Positions 51,412 through 60,751 of a stretch of 64,000 nt of DNA are shown piece by piece. The notes below the pieces were generated by a model. The model saw nothing but the letters and a program-made list of their open reading frames with translations, had not been told where the DNA came from and made no database searches. A program made the position numbers and the translations under genes. This DNA comes from Candidatus Obscuribacterales bacterium (GTDB lineage: Bacteria > Cyanobacteriota > Vampirovibrionia > Obscuribacterales > Obscuribacteraceae). Every line of letters begins with the position of its first letter. The first letter of the stretch is position 1. The stretch spans positions 256,001 through 320,000 of the forward strand of contig CBDDIJ010000005.1 in NCBI GenBank assembly GCA_965228855.1, in the 5' to 3' direction.

Positions 51412-52308
51412 ATGAAAGTTTTACTACCTGTTGACATTGCCCATCCTCATGAAGACTTGACGGAGCACGTCAGTTGGATTTTGCCCCTGAAAGATCAAGA
51501 AGTAAAGTTGGTATTCATCAAAGAAGTTCTTCCCTCGTATGAACGACTGGTTGCGTCGATGGGAGACTTTCCCGACGACTGGAGCCATCAAGTCGACAGC
51601 AAAGCTCACACGTATCTAGACCCGCTCAAGCGCAAGCTTGAAACCGTCGGCGCCAAAGTGAGCCTGGAAATCGCATCCGGACCTCCGGAACACATGATTG
51701 CCACAATGGCGCGCGACGGAAATTATGATGTAACGGTGGTTGCGCCCGGTCAAAAACATAACATCGAAAAGTTTTTCATGGGCTCGACATCAAGCTCACT
51801 GGTTAAGCTGGCGCCAGGCACGATTCTGGTATTACGCGATCACAAAGGGCATGAAAAACTTAATCACGTCGTTTTCGGCGTTGATGGCTCGGAAGAATCC
51901 AACCATGCTTTGACTACTGCCGTGAAACTGCTCGATCTCGCCAATCGCCAGGTCAAAATCACGGTACTACATGCGGTGTCAGTACCGCCGATGGTAGCTA
52001 TTTTTTCACCTCCGGAATTCGGTATCGCTCTGGAAAAGAACATGGAGATGGAAGGAGAAGCAACCCTGGCCGCCGCACTGAAACTCCTCGAAGACCTGGG
52101 GATCAAGGGCGCAGAACCACGTCTGGTTCAAGGAGAAGCAGCCTGGGAATTGATCCGCTATGCGGAGCAATCCAACGCCCAGCTGATCGTCGCCGGTGCA
52201 GGAGGGCAAAAATTCGTTGAGCACGCACTCATGGGAAGTGCAGCATCGCGCATTGTCACTCATGCGAAGTGCTCGACTGCAATCGTGAAAATGCCTCACA
52301 AGAAGTAG
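51412..52308 (+). CDS. Tandem universal stress protein
   Basis: Two USP domains (VLLPVD..MGSTSS; FGVDGSEES..MGSAASRIVTHAKCS). Confidence 0.9.
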   Translation: MKVLLPVDIAHPHEDLTEHVSWILPLKDQEVKLVFIKEVLPSYERLVASMGDFPDDWSHQVDSKAHTYLDPLKRKLETVGAKVSLEIASGPPEHMIATMARDGNYDVTVVAPGQKHNIEKFFMGSTSSSLVKLAPGTILVLRDHKGHEKLNHVVFGVDGSEESNHALTTAVKLLDLANRQVKITVLHAVSVPPMVAIFSPPEFGIALEKNMEMEGEATLAAALKLLEDLGIKGAEPRLVQGEAAWELIRYAEQSNAQLIVAGAGGQKFVEHALMGSAASRIVTHAKCSTAIVKMPHKK

Positions 52309-52329
52309 AGAACCTATAGGAAACGCTTA

Positions 52330-53610
52330 GTGAAAACAAGAAAGTTCAAACATCATCCGACCGCCGCAATCGGTTTGCTGATATCAAATTCTTTGTTCCT
52401 AGCCCAAGCTTTTTTGATCGCTGAAACATTCATTACCGCGGACGCAATTTTCTTTCCAAAGGCTGCGCAAGCGGATCTTATGGATGGCGACCTGGCGGAA
52501 GAACAGGCGAAGGAGAAAGAAGAGCTTCGCGACATGAAGCGCGAGATGGATGATATAAATTCGACCGTCGACAGCGCTATGGGTCAGTTAAATGACCTGG
52601 GACAAAAGTTCAACAATCAGCAAAATGCCAAAGAGTTTCATCTTTTCGCCAGAGAGTCCGACTGGGAGACTGCAAGCGGTTCTACGGTTCGATGCCTGAC
52701 TTACAATGGTAAGATTCCGGGGCCTGCGATCAATGTGGTCGAGGGAGACTTCGTACGCGTCGTTCTCCACAATCAGATGAAAACACCCACGAGTTTGCAA
52801 TTTCACGGCATCATAGTGCCGCACAGCGTCGGAGGATTGCCGAGGACCGGAGCCGGACTCGTTCCTCCTGGACAATCATTCGTATTTCAATTTATCGCCA
52901 AACAACCCGGGACATTTTGGTATCACCCTCAAGTCGTTCATCCGACTCAGAAGCAAATGGGAATGTTCGGAGCGATAGTTGTTGCGCCAAAGTTGAGGTC
53001 ACGCCCGATCGACAAGGATGTCACCCTGTTCATCTCAGAAATCCGCAAGGCACCACGAGCGGTATCAGAGAATGCGGCTACAGTTGCTACCAGAAAAGTG
53101 ACCGGTCAGAAATTAAGCAAAGGCGCTGAAGCTCCTGCCGCAGCGCCTCCTGCCACCATCGATGCGGAGCCCAGCAAAAGCACTTTCAGCGCGGTGGCCT
53201 GGACCGACGGCGCCGCACCGCCTGACATAGAGACAGATTATCTGATCAACGGCAAAACCGCGCCAAACATTCCTCCAATCGAGTTACGCAAGGGTCAGCG
53301 CGTGCGCTTGCGCCTGATCAACGCCGGACAGGAAGCAGTGCCGTTGCAACTCGGTGGTCATCGTTTGGAAATCGTTTCGCAAAACGGCGGTGACCGGCTT
53401 GAACCGCACGTCCTGCGTGACACCATCTGCTTGAACCCATCAGACCGAGTCGACGTTGAATTTTCAGCGGACAATCCTGGTGTGTGGTCGCTAGCGTCGG
53501 AGGTCGCGCATCAATCGACCCACAAAGGCAAGTTTCCCGGCGGAATCGCATGTGTGGTGCGTTACTCGGAGCTGAAAACCAACGCGCGAAAGCAGCCTCC
53601 CGGCGAATAG
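52330..53610 (+). CDS. Two-domain multicopper-oxidase-fold protein lacking most copper ligands
   Basis: YNGKIPGPAI, GDFVRV, GTFWYH, LINGK, VRLRLIN, DNPGVW scaffold retained; His/Cys ligands substituted. Confidence 0.8.
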   Translation: MKTRKFKHHPTAAIGLLISNSLFLAQAFLIAETFITADAIFFPKAAQADLMDGDLAEEQAKEKEELRDMKREMDDINSTVDSAMGQLNDLGQKFNNQQNAKEFHLFARESDWETASGSTVRCLTYNGKIPGPAINVVEGDFVRVVLHNQMKTPTSLQFHGIIVPHSVGGLPRTGAGLVPPGQSFVFQFIAKQPGTFWYHPQVVHPTQKQMGMFGAIVVAPKLRSRPIDKDVTLFISEIRKAPRAVSENAATVATRKVTGQKLSKGAEAPAAAPPATIDAEPSKSTFSAVAWTDGAAPPDIETDYLINGKTAPNIPPIELRKGQRVRLRLINAGQEAVPLQLGGHRLEIVSQNGGDRLEPHVLRDTICLNPSDRVDVEFSADNPGVWSLASEVAHQSTHKGKFPGGIACVVRYSELKTNARKQPPGE

Positions 53611-53627
53611 ATCGCTGAATGAATGCA

Positions 53628-53945
53628 CTAAATAGCTTCTCTCAACTGTCGTAAGTGCGAGTTCACTTTGTCACGCGACAAGCCAGTATGGACGCAGAAT
53701 TTGTCCCATCCGATTTCGATCACTTCTTCCCAACAACTGAAATAGATGTCTTGATTCAGATAGCCCTTTCCTAGCTCATACGAATAATCAGCGATTATCG
53801 CCTTAGCCATGTCGTGCTGGATCATGTGCTGCAAATCGAACCACTGCTCTTCCACGGCAAGCTCAAACAGGGTCTTCAAAAACTCCTGTTGGCTGTATCT
53901 GTTTTCAGCTAATTCCTGCAATCGTTCAGGCAGAGTCATTGTCAT
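53628..53945 (-). CDS. Hypothetical protein
   Basis: 105-aa ORF with globular composition and no competing long ORF. Confidence 0.75.
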   Translation of the reverse strand: MTMTLPERLQELAENRYSQQEFLKTLFELAVEEQWFDLQHMIQHDMAKAIIADYSYELGKGYLNQDIYFSCWEEVIEIGWDKFCVHTGLSRDKVNSHLRQLREAI

Positions 53946-54346
53946 TTACCGTTTATAGCGCGGCTCAGTCCGGTCAATACTGCCTTTAGCCTTACTCTAG
54001 GCTATCATAAGTTTTGTTAAATGGAAAACACTTGTTCGCATATATGGGTCTACCCTTTCGTACCGGAGCTCTGTACTCAACTGGCTTCATGTCTGGATAT
54101 CAAAGCACTCATTAATCTGTTTCATGCTAACGAAATCACAAGAAGGAATTTTTGAAGTTGCTTTTCTCTGGTAGTGCAACTGGTGGCACTTGACTTGTAA
54201 CCTGGCGGTTCACACGTGTTATCACAAGGGCTGTGCTTCCGCCATGAAACGTAGTAGGTTTCATTAATTCCGGTCGAAGCCGGTCGATTTTAAGCATAAA
54301 ACTTTCGGCGTTGGCTATAGTGGAATAACTAGTTCAGGTGCGAAGT

Positions 54347-54898
54347 ATGCTTCTTAACAAGATCGAAAGCATCAGGCATCAGGTAGCCGACAGGGAGCTT
54401 AAGCTCTCAGACGCCCTGCTCCTCGTACTGCGAAGTTTACGGGAGAGAATGCCCGAAGATCGATTGACCTGGCTCAACAGAGAACTGCTCGGATATCGCC
54501 AGGACGACCTTGAAGCGCTGTCGGATCAACGCATGGGACTCAATATGTTCCTCGCGTGGATTTCAGAGTCGCGCCGGCGCACGCCGCTGGAGGTCCCCGG
54601 TTATCGCTTCCTGGATGGAGTCTGGGGGCGCATTGACCGCTCTGGACGTCTGGTCTCGGTAATGGAACCGGAATTGTCCCAGCGTCAAATCTTCTGCAAC
54701 ATTGGCATTCAACAAATCGAGCTCCAACTTGACGAAATGGAGCATCCGACCGAAGCGCTATTTAGCCTGAGCTTTGACGAACGCACAGGCGCGGAATTTT
54801 TCTGCGAGTCGGCTGAGCTTGTCAGGGTTTACGAGCATGTGCGGGTCAAACTGTTGGAATGGCTCGATAAAGTCATTGTCGAGTTGCGTGTAGCCTGA
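54347..54898 (+). CDS. AbiTii-like domain protein
   Basis: LSDALL..WLNRELLGY..VPGYR pattern and downstream IQQIE, as in AbiTii domains. Confidence 0.55.
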   Translation: MLLNKIESIRHQVADRELKLSDALLLVLRSLRERMPEDRLTWLNRELLGYRQDDLEALSDQRMGLNMFLAWISESRRRTPLEVPGYRFLDGVWGRIDRSGRLVSVMEPELSQRQIFCNIGIQQIELQLDEMEHPTEALFSLSFDERTGAEFFCESAELVRVYEHVRVKLLEWLDKVIVELRVA

Positions 54899-54963
54899 AC
54901 GATACCGCATTCGGTGTTCAGCAAGTACAATAGTCTGATGGAGCCGATTCTGCGAACATCGAT

Positions 54964-56043
54964 TTGAAACCGAGCAGACGTTTTATCACTGGAAGTTTTT
55001 GGTACAGCGGCAAACCGCTTGCGATCATACTCGCGCTGTATGGAGCCGTGACGCTGGTGGTGCCGGTCAGCTCGCAGGAAACAGCGGAGGAAGCCTCGCT
55101 GGACAGCGTCGTGCAGAGCCTGGAAGAAGATGCGGGTTTAGTTGCAACACCGGCAGATCCTATTACAAAGCGATTGTCGGGATTGGAACTGAAAGTGTTC
55201 GGCTCGATTCAACCAGGAGCCCTAATCGATAGGATCAACAATATCAGGTTGAAACTGGATGCGAAAAAAGCAAAACAACCGCAAGACGCGCCTCCCGAGC
55301 CAGGTGAAGCACCAGTTGCGCCGGAGGATCCGGTAAAGAAAAAGATCTTTGATTTGAACAGAACACTGCCTATGGTCAATGCCAGCATGCCGTTGTTCTT
55401 CCGCGTCGAGCCCACCGAGCCTGTAATGGCCAGGGATTATTTGAACGATATTCTTGATGCCACGCAGAAAAAGGTGATGCGTTTTAAATCGATGCCCATT
55501 CCGGTCTACATAACGCCGTATCAGATAAGAAGCTACACTCGCGCCTGTGTGGAAGGTTTCGAATCGTGGGAACACCGAACCAATGGTTTAGTCAGATTCG
55601 TGCAGGTTGCCAGTCCCAATCAGGCAAGAATTCGAGTGACGTGGAAACGTCTCGGCATGTCAACGGACACAGATAACTGCGCGCTTGGAGCCCACACCGT
55701 TACGAAATGGCAAAAGAATGCCGGCGGCAAAATGACGCTTGTTGGATTTGGCTCGATACCGCTACCGGTCTACATTCCGAGAATGGGACCGAAATATACG
55801 GTGCCGGCACAAGTAATCGAAATCAATGTCGATTTGATTGACCAGAAAGTTCAAGATTACCGCTTCACATTGTTGAAGAACATAGTCACGCACGAGTTGG
55901 GGCACGCTCTGGGACTTCTTGGTCACAGCGGCGAGAAAAGCGACATGATGTACACAGTCACTGATGAAAACTCGAGGATTTCCGATCGTGACATCAACAC
56001 ATTGGAAAAACTGTATGGAATGAAAATCGACATTCCATTATAG
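54964..56043 (+). CDS. Matrixin-family (metzincin) secreted metalloprotease
   Basis: HELGHALGLLGHS, Met-turn DMMY, ISDRDINTLEKLY. Confidence 0.88.
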   Translation: MKPSRRFITGSFWYSGKPLAIILALYGAVTLVVPVSSQETAEEASLDSVVQSLEEDAGLVATPADPITKRLSGLELKVFGSIQPGALIDRINNIRLKLDAKKAKQPQDAPPEPGEAPVAPEDPVKKKIFDLNRTLPMVNASMPLFFRVEPTEPVMARDYLNDILDATQKKVMRFKSMPIPVYITPYQIRSYTRACVEGFESWEHRTNGLVRFVQVASPNQARIRVTWKRLGMSTDTDNCALGAHTVTKWQKNAGGKMTLVGFGSIPLPVYIPRMGPKYTVPAQVIEINVDLIDQKVQDYRFTLLKNIVTHELGHALGLLGHSGEKSDMMYTVTDENSRISDRDINTLEKLYGMKIDIPL

Positions 56044-56096
56044 ATAGTATAGATAGGACATATGGGATGGTCGAACTGCCACCACTGGCGATGACA

Positions 56097-56801
56097 TTAG
56101 TATTGATACGGAGGAATTCCGAACTGCGCGCGCAATTGCGAGTCGATAGCCTTGTTGGCCTGGTCTAAACCTTCCAGATTTTGTTTACGAGCCATAAGCG
56201 TGCCGGCGACCGGATTTCCACTTTGATCTGTGGCAAGCGGATTTTGCTGCACCGTCAAATAGTCACTGAATAGCTGACGAGCACTCGTAAAATATTGATA
56301 GTACCCCCGGTGCAATCTTTCGGTTTCAGGATAGAGTGGTAATCGTTTGAACTCATCAACGGCCTGCGCGTATCGAGCAACGAGGCTGGACAAGAGCGCT
56401 TTGGCCTGGGTCTTCTCCTCGCCCGGGATAAACATGCTCAGAGCTTTCGACATCAAGGCATCGGCCTTTGCCCTCTCAGCCGGGTTCATCTGCGCCTTGC
56501 GCCGGATATCATCGTAGTTTTTAAACCACTGCCCGATCAGCTGCAGACGTTCTTGACTCGGCTGCGCACTGATTTGCTGTTGATAGTTTTGCTGCGGGTA
56601 ACCGGCAGGCATCGTTTGTGGAGGGCCCTGCATCGGCGTTGCCTGACCCGGAGCTTGCTGAAACTGCTGAGGAAATTGCTGAGCATCTGCCCCAGCCACG
56701 CTCCAGAAGAGCCCAATCGTCAAGGCGAACGCGAGGCGACAGGTACTCGAGGAAAGACGTCTTTTGTCAAAGCCGGTTACACAACTCATCAGGAAAGCCA
56801 A
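56097..56801 (-). CDS. Hypothetical secreted Gln-rich helical protein
   Basis: Signal peptide ending ADA, Q/P-rich linker, helical C-terminal domain. Confidence 0.7.
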   Translation of the reverse strand: MAFLMSCVTGFDKRRLSSSTCRLAFALTIGLFWSVAGADAQQFPQQFQQAPGQATPMQGPPQTMPAGYPQQNYQQQISAQPSQERLQLIGQWFKNYDDIRRKAQMNPAERAKADALMSKALSMFIPGEEKTQAKALLSSLVARYAQAVDEFKRLPLYPETERLHRGYYQYFTSARQLFSDYLTVQQNPLATDQSGNPVAGTLMARKQNLEGLDQANKAIDSQLRAQFGIPPYQY

Positions 56802-56931
56802 TTTAACCTATAGTGGGCGTAACATATTCTACAGCGGACGACAGCCCGATCATGTTGTTCCACCGAAGAGATTTAAATACGCGCACACGTGGCAAGCAAA
56901 GGTAGCACGGGTATCCGCAGGGGAGATATAG

Positions 56932-57729
56932 ATGACAATCCTTGTTGCAGTCAAGAAGAACGGCAGAATCTGGATGGGCGCCGACCGCATTACAACATTC
57001 GGCAGCGAGTACACAACCGATCTGGTCAACGCTTCGAAAATTATCAAGCTGAAGCATGCCTATCTTGCGACAAGCGGTTATACGCTGCTCGACAACATTA
57101 TCGAACACCTGTATGAGCACAACCATAAGATGATGGAGTCCGAATTCAAAAATCGGGCGCAAGTGTTTCAGTTTTTCCTCGAGATGTTTACCGAGATGAA
57201 GAAAACATACACGCTGGTGGATACCGGAAAAGAGACTTATGCTGGCATATACAACGTTTTCCTCCTGGTGACTCCCAAAAGCATTTACGGTGTTTCAAAC
57301 AATCTAAGTGTTCACGAGTATGACCGATACGCGGCTAAAGGAGCCGGTTCCGACTACTCACAAGGAACACTTTATGCTCTCTATGATTTGATCGACGACG
57401 GACACGAACTCGCTAGAGTCGCTCTGGAAGCGGCTTGCCACTTCTCGATCTATTGCAAGGAACCGATTGATATTCTCGAAGTAAAGGCGAGTGATTTTGG
57501 TCAACGCGAACCGGGCGGCTATAAGTCTGTAGGCAGCAATCTTTCGACGATTCCGAGTCGAACCGGCATGGCTAAGTTTTCGTTGGTCGAGAAAGAGAAA
57601 TTGAAATCGAAACTACAGTCCGCCAAGGATGATAGCGGCTCTAACGGCGCGAAACACACGACAAAAGCGAAAGCATCAGCAACCAAGAAGTCGACGAAAA
57701 AACCATCAGGCAGCTCAAAAAAACGGTAA
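56932..57729 (+). CDS. Proteasome beta/HslV-type Ntn-hydrolase, BPH-like
   Basis: Thr directly after Met (MTILVAVKK), AD at 17-18, SKII, GAGSDYSQG, ALEAACHFSIYC; Lys-rich tail; GGAG RBS. Confidence 0.8.
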   Translation: MTILVAVKKNGRIWMGADRITTFGSEYTTDLVNASKIIKLKHAYLATSGYTLLDNIIEHLYEHNHKMMESEFKNRAQVFQFFLEMFTEMKKTYTLVDTGKETYAGIYNVFLLVTPKSIYGVSNNLSVHEYDRYAAKGAGSDYSQGTLYALYDLIDDGHELARVALEAACHFSIYCKEPIDILEVKASDFGQREPGGYKSVGSNLSTIPSRTGMAKFSLVEKEKLKSKLQSAKDDSGSNGAKHTTKAKASATKKSTKKPSGSSKKR

Positions 57730-57872
57730 CGGCTTTCGCCTTAGCAAATTCCGAATCCTCATGTTTTCCAACCTCAGGGCAAACCCGGTGGCGTTTCGCT
57801 AAGAAATGGTCGAATATACCGCCATTCTGGGAAAGATATATTGGACGGTAGAGTGAACGCGAGTGCCTGAGT

Positions 57873-60674
57873 TTGGAACTTGAACCGAACCACCCGGACG
57901 TCGCTACCAAAACGGAAGCGGAGTCCAAATCGAAAGATACCTGCGACGCCTGCCAGAAGCCGCTGGCAACGAGCAACTCAGGTAGCGTCACCCAGTGGCT
58001 CTTTAAGGGTCTGTACTGCGCTTGCGAAGAAACTCCCGCCGCGCCGAAAGAAACTATCACCACCTTCTTCGCGCCTGAGGGAATGGACTCCTGGCGTCCT
58101 CCTCCGGAATCAGCAAACCATGAACCGATACGATTCGGCTTCCCGCCGCAAAAACCGGCTCCTGAACAAGCCCACAAGGCACTTTACAAGAAAGTACGTC
58201 TCGTCCCACCGGGTGCAGCCTTCAAGGTCAGCGCCCCCGTTCCTGAATCAATCGACCGTGACGGTGGAGTGATTTCGCCGTTCGACCTGAACGGTGCAGC
58301 GCATGTTCCCATGTGGGAACCAAACACGCTCTCCTCCGATCTTCTTCCGGCAGGCCGCCTGGCTCAAAACGATCCTGAAAAGTTGATCGGAAAGACAATC
58401 GGTCATTACAAAATCGACGCATTCATAGCGAAGGGCGCCTCAGGTCATGTCTTCAAAGCGCATCACCAGGGTTCGCTTCAGCGAGTGGCGTTGAAGCTCG
58501 TCACCCCTTCTTTGAACTTTGGAAAGCGGCATAATCAGAGGTTTCTTAACGAAGCGCGTGCGGCGAAGAATATCGAACACGACAACGTCATAACGTTGTA
58601 CGACGTCGGTCTGACCGGTGATGAAATTCCATATCTAGTCACTGAGTTCTTTGAAGGCAGGAGACTGAACGACGTTTTGAAAGACGACGGACCAATTTCA
58701 GAATCCGAAGCGATCAATCTTTTTATACAAATCTGTCAGGGACTGAGTCACGCACATTATATGGGCGTGATGCACCGAGACGTGAAGCCGAGCAATATCC
58801 GTATAGATGAAAACAATCACGCCAAGGTAGTTGACTGCGGCGTCAGTAAAGTTCTGCCCGATCCCACTCGCGAGACCCGCTACTTTACCGAAAGCGGATT
58901 TGAGTACGGAGACGCGCGCTACATGAGCCCTGAGCAATGCCGCGGCGCGAAAACTGATCATCGCTCGGACATCTACTCACTGGGCTGCCTGATGTACGAG
59001 TGTTTGTCAGGCAAAACACCTTTCAGCGCTGAGAAAAATTCGATGCTGATCTACAAGCATGTGAAAAAGCGCCCCAGAAGCCTGAATTCAAGGTTTCCAG
59101 ATCTGCAGCTCAGTAGAGATCTCGAAAATCTGATTATGAGATGTTTGGAAAAAGAGCCCGACGATCGCTATCAGTCGATTTCAGACATGCTTGATGATTT
59201 GATGACCATCCGCTCCGAGAAGCAGGTAAAAAGGGCATTTCGAAAGAACCTCCAGATCACGCCGGAAAAGAGAGAACAACTTTCGATCGCTGAGGTTTTA
59301 AGTGCAGCATTGTCGTCCGTGTGGTTTGGAGCCTCGTCAACAACACGGCTTCTGACGCTCTGCATTGTCCTTTTAACGCTTGTTTCAAGCTCCATCCTCC
59401 TCATACTGGATAACTCCAAACGAAACAAACCGCAACCGACTACAACCCCCTGGACCTACTACCAAGAAATTCAAAATGTTTACTCAGATCGTCTGGAACG
59501 CCTTAGAAGGGAATCGGATGAAATGCTTGCAGCCTTAACGGCGTCCAAATCGCAGTTTAAGCCAGAAGCAGAGATTATCGTTAACGATGTCATCGGCGCC
59601 CAGACAAGGGCAATGAAAGACAATCCGGGCGGACAGGTGTTTGATGCCAGAGAGATCGATTTACTCGAGCGGCGACTGCTGAAGTTGAAGTCGAGTGCAG
59701 GCGCCGATTCTCTGGCAGCCACAAATGTAATTAGAAACAGCCAGCAGGGCACTCTATATATCGCCCCTCAGGATGCGACCAAAGAGCAGACACTGTTAGC
59801 GGCAATAAGGGACGATGCAGACCTCACAGATGCGGACCTTTCCAATATAAAACTAACCGGTATCACCATATCTAGTGCCAATCTTACAAATGCGAACTTC
59901 TCTGGCAGCGATTTGACCGGTGCAACGTTCAAAGATGTGAGCATGACAGACGCTCGCTTTGATAACGCTAACCTGGACATGGCGCAGTTCGATAACGTCA
60001 ACGCAACCGGCAGCTCATTTCAAGGCACATCTTTAAGGGGAGCGACCTTTGCAAATTCAAGCATTGAAAACGCGAAACTGCGAGATGCAAACTTTGAGGA
60101 CAGCGACATTTTTGGCGGCAAGACCTCGAACCTTACTATGATCAAAACAAATCTCGATAACGCAATTATCTTTGAGTCAGGCAGCACCGTTGATATGAGT
60201 CGAACGCCAGAGTTGGTAGCGTTGACGAAAACTAAATCAGAATTCGAGAAAAGACTTATTAGACTTTCCGAAGTATCCAACATTGCAGCTGTTTTAAAAC
60301 AAGCCAGCACCACCGAAAAAATTAGACTGCCGATGGCCGGGTCAGATCAATCAGTGATGATGTCCGTGTTCACGAATGACTCGACGTCGGCGCTCGACAC
60401 CAAAGTAGATACCGCGCTTGGCACTTGCAGAAGCGCAATCGCTGATGCACGAAAATTACGACGGCTTGAAATTGTTTCTGCAAAAACAGTCCGCCCTGAG
60501 GAGTTTAAAACGAGCTTGAAAAAGCTGGCAGACTCGATGAAAAAATTAGACGGACAGATAGCCGATGTCGACCGGGAGATTGAGATTGTCCAGGCACGAC
60601 AGGCTGCTGCAAATCCCGCCCCGAAAGGGCGCAAGTATCTTTTCAGTCCGTCGGTCGAAGTTCGTGAGCAATAA
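57873..60674 (+). CDS. Membrane Ser/Thr kinase with N-terminal Cys motif and C-terminal pentapeptide repeats
   Basis: CDAC..CAC; AKGASGHVF, ALK, HRDVKPSN, DCG, YMSPEQC; TM helix; ADLTD/ANLTN/ANFSG repeats. Confidence 0.88.
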   Translation: MELEPNHPDVATKTEAESKSKDTCDACQKPLATSNSGSVTQWLFKGLYCACEETPAAPKETITTFFAPEGMDSWRPPPESANHEPIRFGFPPQKPAPEQAHKALYKKVRLVPPGAAFKVSAPVPESIDRDGGVISPFDLNGAAHVPMWEPNTLSSDLLPAGRLAQNDPEKLIGKTIGHYKIDAFIAKGASGHVFKAHHQGSLQRVALKLVTPSLNFGKRHNQRFLNEARAAKNIEHDNVITLYDVGLTGDEIPYLVTEFFEGRRLNDVLKDDGPISESEAINLFIQICQGLSHAHYMGVMHRDVKPSNIRIDENNHAKVVDCGVSKVLPDPTRETRYFTESGFEYGDARYMSPEQCRGAKTDHRSDIYSLGCLMYECLSGKTPFSAEKNSMLIYKHVKKRPRSLNSRFPDLQLSRDLENLIMRCLEKEPDDRYQSISDMLDDLMTIRSEKQVKRAFRKNLQITPEKREQLSIAEVLSAALSSVWFGASSTTRLLTLCIVLLTLVSSSILLILDNSKRNKPQPTTTPWTYYQEIQNVYSDRLERLRRESDEMLAALTASKSQFKPEAEIIVNDVIGAQTRAMKDNPGGQVFDAREIDLLERRLLKLKSSAGADSLAATNVIRNSQQGTLYIAPQDATKEQTLLAAIRDDADLTDADLSNIKLTGITISSANLTNANFSGSDLTGATFKDVSMTDARFDNANLDMAQFDNVNATGSSFQGTSLRGATFANSSIENAKLRDANFEDSDIFGGKTSNLTMIKTNLDNAIIFESGSTVDMSRTPELVALTKTKSEFEKRLIRLSEVSNIAAVLKQASTTEKIRLPMAGSDQSVMMSVFTNDSTSALDTKVDTALGTCRSAIADARKLRRLEIVSAKTVRPEEFKTSLKKLADSMKKLDGQIADVDREIEIVQARQAAANPAPKGRKYLFSPSVEVREQ

Positions 60675-60751
60675 TGTAGCCGGAAGTACACAGCCTAATA
60701 AGGTATATGCTATGCCCTCCTTGTAAGTCTAAAGACAGAAAGGAGAGCGGA

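Noticed and set aside
57776..57835. c-di-GMP-I riboswitch (GGGCAAACCC) upstream of the kinase
   Set aside because: Lacks the GAAA-capped P2 stem and the GACGCAAAG segment
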